From: a virus
Taxonomy: Duplodnaviria; Caudoviricetes
Reading direction: 5' to 3' (one strand)
Virus record (IMG/VR): IMGVR_UViG_3300023283_000023
Location: 1 to 26,385 of that record
DNA: 26,385 nucleotides
The position numbers and the translations under genes are program-made. The notes below the pieces were generated by a model, which did not search any database, was not told the origin of the DNA, and was given only the letters and a program-made list of their open reading frames with translations. Positions 1 through 6,690 of this stretch are shown here, piece by piece. Each line of letters opens with the position of its first letter. Position 1 is the stretch's first letter.

Positions 1-1
1 T

Positions 2-3000
2 GTAGATCGCGAGCAATCCCAGATACTTTCTGGCCTTCTGCTCATCTCCGCCGAACATCTTGAGCGCGCCCTGAGCGGACTTCTCGTACCACTCCCGACC
101 CTCGAATCCTTCGTCGAGGAGCTGGCGGGCGATCGCCCGGCGCTTCTTGAACGTCTTCTCCGTCGGGTAGTCCGGTGGCGCACCGACCCAGTTCCCATCC
201 TTGTCCAGCCGGTGCTCGGTGACGATACCGGCCCGGCCCTGAAGGGTCGTCTCGCCCATGAGCGCGGAGCGAACCGAGGGCGTGGCGTTCGGCGTGAACA
301 GCAGGTTGCCGGCCGCGTTGACCCGGCCCTTGACGTCGATGCCACGGCTCTGGAGCACGGCGCGGATGGCGGGGATCGGCCCCGAGACAAGGATCTCGCC
401 CTGCCGGTTGGTCCGGAACGACAGCTCCGGGTTCACCGTGGAGGTCACGGGCGTGATCGACTTGAACCTGACTTCAGAGTCCTTGACGGTGCCGACCGAG
501 AATCGGAACCGCCCGGGCTCGGTCTTGGGTACCGCGTCGATGTCCTCGGTCAGCGATGGCGCTTGTTCTTCCTGGTTGGGTGCTTGCCGGCCGCCGGCTG
601 GCCCGGTGACTTCTGGCTGTTGTAGATCACGGCCGCCCATTCCTTCTCCAAATGCTCGGGCACGCCCCGTTTGATCAGGTCGTCCCTGATCGCTTCGTAC
701 TGTTTCGGCATGAGTGGGTGGCGGGCCGACCGGCTGCGACTTGTCCGCCCCGTCGAGCCACGCCTTGAACTCCTGAAACCCGAGCGTGGTCGCACTGCCC
801 TCGGCGACATTCTCATCCGGGTAATTCTGACGGTAGGCCTCGAGCGCCGCTTCGGGCGTCCGAAACCCGAGCATCACCTTGTGCTCATCGAACGTCCCGT
901 CCGGCTTGTACTGGTCGACCACAACCACCGGCCGCAGCGGGTTGTTCGGCGCCGAGCCGAGGAATACGTCGACCGGATCCCCGTCGTTGCCCTGCGTGCC
1001 CTCGATGAACCCGTAGTGGTTCTGCATCGTCCTCGACCACGCTCGACCGGTCTGAGAATCCCGGCCCTTCCGGGTGCTCCCGATCGGATTTTCGATCGAG
1101 ACGTCGATCCCGTGCTGGAATCTCACGCGGCCCTTCTGGTAGTTGCCGGCCTCGAGGTCCTGCTGGCTGGGCTCCAGGTTGTTCTGCGGGCTGGTCGCCG
1201 ACTGGGCGGCCGCCTGCTCGATCAAGTCCGTCGCCTCCTCCGGTGAGGCCTGGGCGTCGACCACGGCCGGTGTCGGCTGCTGGGTCTGGGCCGACTGATC
1301 AGAAGACGCCGGGCTGCTTGGGCGGATCCTGATGGTCGGCTTGCCCACGTTGGCCCGGGCCGCCTCCACGGCCGGCTGCCACGGGTCGATACTCTGATCG
1401 GCGGCAGCGCGTTCCATGACGATACCGGGCTGGACCTCGATCTCGCGATCACCCTTGGTCAGCGTAAGCGGCTCGATCTCCTCCACGGCATCCCGCAGGC
1501 GACGTTGTTCGCGCTTGCTCTTCGCGGGCACGATGAACGTCCCGTCCCCCGCGTGATAGACGTCGATGTTGCGCTCGGACAGCTTGCGCCCGATATGCCC
1601 GGCCAACCACCGGCCGGCCTCCGGGCCCGCCTCGTTGCCGACCACGTCCTGCGCATTGGACCTGAGGGCCACGTACTCGGCCTCCGGTGGCATTCCCCGC
1701 AGAGCGTCCAGATTCCGGACCGTGGTGATCGGGTCGATGGTCCGCACGTGATTGAGTTGCTCGGGCGTCATCACCTTGGCGATCTTCTGCATGGCCGCTG
1801 CGAACTGGTCCGGGTTCGCGTCGTTCAATTCCGCGTCGATGCCCCGGGATGCTCTTGGCATTTCCCCGGTCTCGGCCAGCACGTCGTACATGGCCAGCGT
1901 CTCCAGCCGGCTGGTGCCCTCGGCCTCGAGCGCTTGGATCTGCTCGAACTTCTGGGCCAGATCGGTCATCTGGTCTATGTCTGAATTCTGGATCCGCTGC
2001 TGCAGCTTCTCCGTGGTGTCGAGCCGTAAGGATCTGAAGTCCACGTTGTTCAGGTCCGGATCCGAGTCCCGGACCCCGGGCTTCGTGTAGCCCACGGCGC
2101 CGAACCCGCCACCGGCGCCGGCGCCGACGATCGAGCCGAGGATCCCGGCGTTGATCGATTCGGCGAGCAGATCCTCGTCGCCGGCCGCCGCCCGGTTGAA
2201 AACATCGAGGGCGATCGCCGTTTCCGTCGCCTCCTGAACGCCCTCGGTCACGCCCTCCATCAACCCCCCTCTTGCCACCGCGCCACCGCGGGTGGCCGCC
2301 CCGCCGGCCATCCGCTCGTTGATCGCCCCGAACGCCGGGATCTTGGACGAACCGTGCTTGGCCAGACTGGCCGCGCCGAGCATCTTGCCGAAGAAGGCGC
2401 CGGCCGGGGCGCCGAGTGTTGCCGTGGCTATACCGGACTTCCAGAACGCCTCTGTGCCGGCCTCTTGCCTCAGCGTCTCCTTGGCGTACTGGATCCGCTC
2501 CTCGATCGGGGATGAATCATCGGTTGCGTCGAAGATCTGGCGGTAGCGCTCGGATGCCATGAGGTCTTCGTGGGGTCGGGCCATGATCATCTGCTCGACC
2601 TCGCCCGCGTTCTGGGCGCCGGCATATACGCCCTCAAAGCCACCGAAGCCGCCAATGCCGAGCGCCGAGTCGACCATCGCCAGTTTTTTCTGCGCCTGCA
2701 AGGCGGCTCTTTGCGCCTCAATACTGGCGCCTGCCTTTGCTCCTGCCTCGATCGTTTCCTGGAGGGCCTTGCGACCCATCGGGTTGGCGAACATCCTGAG
2801 CGCCTTAACCGTACCGCCGCCGCCGAGCAATGAGGCGGCCACGTCGGGCGCGATGCCCGTGGCCTGAAGCGCGACGGACGTGAGGCCCGCGTCACCCCAC
2901 GTGAGGTCGCCATCTTCGTCCCGGGTCACCAACTTCTTGGCCACCTCGTGCTTCGCGGCGTCCGACAGGCTGTTGTTCCACCAGTCGACCGCGTCGTTGA

Positions 3001-3241
3001 AAGACGTCTCGATCAGGCCCCTGGGATCCGCCCCGGTCTTTCGCGCCAGCCAGCCAAGGCCGGAGCCGATGTTCGCGAACCCGCCCATGAGCATCTTGCC
3101 GAAGTCCATGCCCCCAACCTCACCGAAGTCGTCCGGGGAGGGGACAGGGACCGCAGGCTCCGGCAACTGGTAGATTGATCGGGACCTTGCCGCCCGATCG
3201 AATACGGGGTTGACCCGTGGTCGGAGGATGTCTTCGGCCAT
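2..3241 (-). CDS. Large polyvalent internal-virion/ejection protein, 3'-truncated by the window (>1080 aa), with degenerate GGDEF-like and inorganic pyrophosphatase-like domains
   Basis: ATG at 3241 lies 2 nt after the upstream stop (MAEDILRPRVNPVF...). Hand translation of most of the frame found no stop, and its absence from the ORF track fits an ORF open to base 2. Gly/Ala hydrophobic segments (LAESINAGILGSIVGAGAGGGFGAV), PPase motif HYGFIEGTQGNDGDPVDVFL at ~960-1030, and a further globular domain starting near 200 (GREWYEKS...YLGLLAIY). Confidence 0.9.
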   Translation of the reverse strand, partial: MAEDILRPRVNPVFDRAARSRSIYQLPEPAVPVPSPDDFGEVGGMDFGKMLMGGFANIGSGLGWLARKTGADPRGLIETSFNDAVDWWNNSLSDAAKHEVAKKLVTRDEDGDLTWGDAGLTSVALQATGIAPDVAASLLGGGGTVKALRMFANPMGRKALQETIEAGAKAGASIEAQRAALQAQKKLAMVDSALGIGGFGGFEGVYAGAQNAGEVEQMIMARPHEDLMASERYRQIFDATDDSSPIEERIQYAKETLRQEAGTEAFWKSGIATATLGAPAGAFFGKMLGAASLAKHGSSKIPAFGAINERMAGGAATRGGAVARGGLMEGVTEGVQEATETAIALDVFNRAAAGDEDLLAESINAGILGSIVGAGAGGGFGAVGYTKPGVRDSDPDLNNVDFRSLRLDTTEKLQQRIQNSDIDQMTDLAQKFEQIQALEAEGTSRLETLAMYDVLAETGEMPRASRGIDAELNDANPDQFAAAMQKIAKVMTPEQLNHVRTIDPITTVRNLDALRGMPPEAEYVALRSNAQDVVGNEAGPEAGRWLAGHIGRKLSERNIDVYHAGDGTFIVPAKSKREQRRLRDAVEEIEPLTLTKGDREIEVQPGIVMERAAADQSIDPWQPAVEAARANVGKPTIRIRPSSPASSDQSAQTQQPTPAVVDAQASPEEATDLIEQAAAQSATSPQNNLEPSQQDLEAGNYQKGRVRFQHGIDVSIENPIGSTRKGRDSQTGRAWSRTMQNHYGFIEGTQGNDGDPVDVFLGSAPNNPLRPVVVVDQYKPDGTFDEHKVMLGFRTPEAALEAYRQNYPDENVAEGSATTLGFQEFKAWLDGADKSQPVGPPPTHAETVRSDQGRPDQTGRARAFGEGMGGRDLQQPEVTGPAGGRQAPNQEEQAPSLTEDIDAVPKTEPGRFRFSVGTVKDSEVRFKSITPVTSTVNPELSFRTNRQGEILVSGPIPAIRAVLQSRGIDVKGRVNAAGNLLFTPNATPSVRSALMGETTLQGRAGIVTEHRLDKDGNWVGAPPDYPTEKTFKKRRAIARQLLDEGFEGREWYEKSAQGALKMFGGDEQKARKYLGLLAIY
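550..711 (-). CDS. Putative nested 53-aa basic protein overprinted in the +1 frame of the polyvalent gene
   Basis: MPKQYEAIRDDLIKRGVPEHLEKEWAAVIYNSQKSPGQPAAGKHPTRKNKRHR*. The GC3-rich codon pattern switches to this frame between ATG 711 and TGA 550. No Shine-Dalgarno seen. Confidence 0.6.
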   Translation of the reverse strand: MPKQYEAIRDDLIKRGVPEHLEKEWAAVIYNSQKSPGQPAAGKHPTRKNKRHR

Positions 3242-3243
3242 GA

Positions 3244-4281
3244 TCAGCGGCCGTCGGAGCGCGGCTGCTCTTCCGTGAATCCTTCTATGAACTGCGCCCC
3301 GGCCGCTCCGATTTCGCGACCCGCCTCGAGTCCGATATCCATCGGGTTCCCCGGAAGTGTGAACGCGTCGCGGAACCACATTCCCCATTCTAAGGCAGTT
3401 TTGTCCGTGAAATCCTCGAAGACGCTGCGGGTCGACCGGCCTGCCCGGGTCAGGAACGGCTCCTGATCTCCGGTCGGTTGGGTCGTCCGAGACCCGCTGG
3501 CGTCCGGGCCCTCGGCACCCCCGGGCGGCGCGCGACGATCATCAGGCCGATCGGGGGCAATGGCTTCCGTGTCCACCATGCCGAGATTGAGCGCGGCGAT
3601 GGCCTCGGCCTCGCTGTACGAGTACTCCGGCATCTCCATTAGTCGGCCGATGATCTCCTGCCCCTGCTCGCCAAAGGACTCGCGGGAGATGATGCCCGCG
3701 GCCATCGCGACCTCGGTCTCGTTGATCGCGAGCTCAAACAATTCGTCTTCGATCAACCTCGTTTGCCGAGCGCGGGCCTCCTCACTGGTCGCTAGATCGC
3801 CCTCCATTTCGCGTAGCGCGTCACGCAGCTCCTGGGCACGCTCCTCGGACCGGATCTTCGTCTGCTCGTAGAGCTCGAGCTTGTTGTTCGCCGCCGCGAT
3901 CTCGTTGGCGCGCTCGGTCTGCTCCTGCTGCCACCGGAGCGACTCCTCCTGAATGTCGACGCGCCGGGCGGCGATGTCCGTCTGGGCCGCGCCCTGCTGG
4001 ATATTCGCCTCGGTCGCCTGCCGATCGAGGTCGAGCTGCTCGGTCCTGAACTCGTTCATGAACTCGGTCTGGCCCCGCTGGAACTCAGCCTGCTCGGCGC
4101 GGAATGCATCGTCGGACGCGAATTGCTTCTCCTGAAGCGCGATCTGCCGCTCACGGAACGCCTGCGTCGCCGCGTCCAGCCGCGCCTGACGGGACGCCTG
4201 ATCCTTGTAGATCTGGTGCTCGTATAGGCCGGACAATCCCTGGCTCAGGCCCTCGAGTCCCTTCTGTAGATTCAAGCCCAT
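3244..4281 (-). CDS. Putative ejection/internal virion protein (345 aa, Q/E/R-rich coiled coil)
   Basis: N-terminal MGLNLQKGLEGLSQGLSGL amphipathic helix, then long coiled coil; lies immediately before the large virion protein. Confidence 0.7.
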   Translation of the reverse strand: MGLNLQKGLEGLSQGLSGLYEHQIYKDQASRQARLDAATQAFRERQIALQEKQFASDDAFRAEQAEFQRGQTEFMNEFRTEQLDLDRQATEANIQQGAAQTDIAARRVDIQEESLRWQQEQTERANEIAAANNKLELYEQTKIRSEERAQELRDALREMEGDLATSEEARARQTRLIEDELFELAINETEVAMAAGIISRESFGEQGQEIIGRLMEMPEYSYSEAEAIAALNLGMVDTEAIAPDRPDDRRAPPGGAEGPDASGSRTTQPTGDQEPFLTRAGRSTRSVFEDFTDKTALEWGMWFRDAFTLPGNPMDIGLEAGREIGAAGAQFIEGFTEEQPRSDGR

Positions 4282-4282
4282 G

Positions 4283-5050
4283 TCAGACCCCCTGCTCGGG
4301 CGGCTGTTGCTGCTGTTGAGCCGCCGCTTTCTGTTGGGCGAGACCGACGCCCCGGTTGATCAGGTTGTGCATCGCCTCCGGGTTCATCAACTGGCTGGGG
4401 TCCCAGTCATCGAGTTCCCCGAGCGCGGCCTCCTCTTCCATCATCTCGGTGAGCATCTGGGAGTATTCCTGCTGGTTGACCTGACCGGTCTGCAGCATGC
4501 GCTCGCCGTAGACCCTCACCGCCTCGAGCAACGCCTTGGTCGCCAGGTCCTCGTACTGCGGATCGTCCTCATTCTCCGGAATGTCCGGGAAGATGCCGCC
4601 GTCTCGCGCCAGATCCATCAGCAACTGGGCGACCTCCATGCCGCCGCCGAGCAGGGACTCCGAGGGATATTCGACGCCCTGCCGCTTGGCGTTGTTCTTG
4701 ATCATCATGATGATCTCGGCGGTCGTGCCCCCGATCGCCTCCGGCGCGGCGCTCCCGCGCACGTTCAGACGCGCGAGCACTGCGTCTGCCGGCGTCTGCT
4801 GCATGCCCTCCGCCTTCCGGTTGTCGGACATGAACATCATGGCCCGGGCGACCAGGTCCTCTTGATAGGCCTGCACGGCATCCGGCCGCACGTCTTCCTC
4901 GGGCGGGATCGCACCCGGGGCGACCATGTTGTACGGGTCACCCCCAAGCGAAGTGCCGCTCGTGTCCAGATGCGGCAGCCCCTGAGGCGGCTGGGTCTCG
5001 GGCTCCAGTTGCTCCTGCAAGCCCTGCTCTTCTTCGGGTAGGAATTCCAT
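4283..5050 (-). CDS. Acidic helical protein of the ejection block (255 aa)
   Basis: TGATG coupling with the upstream gene, normal codon bias, begins MEFLPEE; function inferred from position only. Confidence 0.7.
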   Translation of the reverse strand: MEFLPEEEQGLQEQLEPETQPPQGLPHLDTSGTSLGGDPYNMVAPGAIPPEEDVRPDAVQAYQEDLVARAMMFMSDNRKAEGMQQTPADAVLARLNVRGSAAPEAIGGTTAEIIMMIKNNAKRQGVEYPSESLLGGGMEVAQLLMDLARDGGIFPDIPENEDDPQYEDLATKALLEAVRVYGERMLQTGQVNQQEYSQMLTEMMEEEAALGELDDWDPSQLMNPEAMHNLINRGVGLAQQKAAAQQQQQPPEQGV

Positions 5051-5913
5051 CAGATAAAGTCCTCGCCTTCGCCGGCGCTATTGTCGGTGCGACGGCTTCG
5101 CTGCCGGTACTGATCCATCTGTCGATCTGCACCCGTTCTCGGCGGCTGTCTGGTCTCCGGCAAGAATTCTGGCGTTCCGGCCCCGTACAGGTCATCCGTG
5201 GTCGGCCGTTGTCCGGCATTCGCCGGCAGCGCGCGCGGGCCGCCCCGGATGATGTCCATCCCCTCGCCTTTGCGATTCGCGCCCCAGAAATACTTGTTTG
5301 GGTCCCGGGGCTCATCCGCGAACAGGCCGCTGGCAACGTCGGTCACCGTCTTGGCCATCAGCAGCTTGTCTGCCGCATTCATTCCGGAGAAGAACCCCCC
5401 GCGACCTCCGCCGCCGACACTTCCGACACTTCCACCGCCGACATTACCGCCACCGGCACCACCTCCGACACCTCCGGCGGCATTACCGCCACCGGCACTC
5501 CCGCCGCCGCTCAGACCTCTTGCGATATTGCCACCGGCGGAAGCAAGGGACGCAGCCGGCGAACTGAATCCAGCCGATGCCAGACCACTAGCGGCTTGTG
5601 CAACAGACGATCCGCTCATCATGCCGCTTATTCCACCCGCTGCAATCTGGGACCCGGCGCTGCCAAGTGCGTTGGCAGCAGCGGCGTTCGCCGGGCCATT
5701 AATGCCCATGAACGTGGCCGCTTTAGTGAAAATCCCGGCACCCCCGAAACCGGGCAAACTGGCTGCGAAGGCTTGGGTGGGGCCGAAAAACGATAGCGCG
5801 GTACCGGCGGTGAAGTAAGCGGCCGCCGCCATCAACGCAATCGGGGCAACCTTTTTCACGACTTTGCCTATCTTCTTAATTCCGCGCTTCACGCCTTTTA
5901 TGACCTTAGACAT
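5050..5913 (-). CDS. Gly/Ala/Ser-rich ejection (DNA transfer/pilot-like) protein (287 aa)
   Basis: Lys-rich amphipathic N-terminus MSKVIKGVKRGIKKIGKVVKKVAP, hydrophobic stretch and poly-Gly tract, typical of small podophage ejection proteins following a GNAT gene. Confidence 0.7.
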   Translation of the reverse strand: MSKVIKGVKRGIKKIGKVVKKVAPIALMAAAAYFTAGTALSFFGPTQAFAASLPGFGGAGIFTKAATFMGINGPANAAAANALGSAGSQIAAGGISGMMSGSSVAQAASGLASAGFSSPAASLASAGGNIARGLSGGGSAGGGNAAGGVGGGAGGGNVGGGSVGSVGGGGRGGFFSGMNAADKLLMAKTVTDVASGLFADEPRDPNKYFWGANRKGEGMDIIRGGPRALPANAGQRPTTDDLYGAGTPEFLPETRQPPRTGADRQMDQYRQRSRRTDNSAGEGEDFI

Positions 5914-6232
5914 TTACTGCACCTCCGGCCCCAGTCACGTGGGACCACGTCTTTCCATTCAAGATATGACTGACGGTCGCCGTCGTCACACCAAAAAACT
6001 TCGCAATGCTCTTGCGTGTGATATGCCCCTCGAGGTTGAAAATCCTTCGGGCAACTTCGGCGGTCATTTTGTTACCAGCCATTTTCCCCGGTAGCGCCAG
6101 AACCTTCTCCTTCCAGCGCATCTCCCGTCCGTTGCGATCCGTGACCGTACGCTCGACCGACCGCACGCGCCCCAGATCTGAGACCTCGTACAGTCCTTCG
6201 TATCCATCCACGGGTTTCCAGTTCTCGCTCAT
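5906..6232 (-). CDS. NUMOD4 + HTH protein; homing-endonuclease remnant lacking the HNH domain (108 aa)
   Basis: ENWKPVDGYEGLYEVSDLGRVRS is a NUMOD4 motif; C-terminal RKSIAKFFGVTTATVSHILNGKTWSHV is HTH-like; no VHRLVA or H-N-H motif between them. Confidence 0.8.
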   Translation of the reverse strand: MSENWKPVDGYEGLYEVSDLGRVRSVERTVTDRNGREMRWKEKVLALPGKMAGNKMTAEVARRIFNLEGHITRKSIAKFFGVTTATVSHILNGKTWSHVTGAGGAVNV

Positions 6233-6690
6233 GCGGCCTCCGACAATGTAATCCAGTACGCGTCACCCAGCTTGCTCATCCCGACGCTGTTATAGACCTG
6301 GCCGATGGTCTTCTCGTGCATGCCCGAGGAGTGCTGGGACGTGAACTCCACGACCCGGGGCACGGACCTTGACCACGCGATGGCCGCCTTCAGCAGCTCG
6401 GCACCACCACCGGGCACCGAGGAAAAAAACGCAAGGTCGGTGACGTACCGCGCGCCCCCCCGGGGATCCGTCCACCAGTACGGTACCGCCGTCAGGAGGA
6501 TGAACCCCTTGACCCCGTTGTCCATGAGGATGAAGCACTGCTCGGTCGCGCTCGAGATCGCCCGGCGGAACGCGAAGGCGATCATCGCCCTCGACTCCTC
6601 GAGCTTCTGGTACACGGTCCGGTTCTTCATCCGGATCCCGTATTCAATGGTCTCGGCCAGGTCGGTCATTTTCATCTGCTGGACGCTCAC
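6229..6690 (-). CDS. GNAT-fold acetyltransferase-like protein (153 aa)
   Basis: VKGFILL...YVTDLAFFSSVPGGGAELLKAAIAWSR resembles GNAT motif A; YNSVGM resembles the YxxxGF motif; GNAT genes are common in podophage virion modules. GTGA overlap with the upstream gene. Confidence 0.7.
   Translation of the reverse strand: MSVQQMKMTDLAETIEYGIRMKNRTVYQKLEESRAMIAFAFRRAISSATEQCFILMDNGVKGFILLTAVPYWWTDPRGGARYVTDLAFFSSVPGGGAELLKAAIAWSRSVPRVVEFTSQHSSGMHEKTIGQVYNSVGMSKLGDAYWITLSEAA

Noticed and set aside
712-816. N-terminal extension of the nested ORF given by the ORF track (start 816)
   Set aside because: This part is Arg/Ser shadow sequence over the conserved PPase C-terminus; coding-like bias begins only at ATG 711.
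1-3241. Apparent non-coding or pseudogene region (no long ORF in the track)
   Set aside because: It is one open minus-strand frame whose stop lies outside the window.
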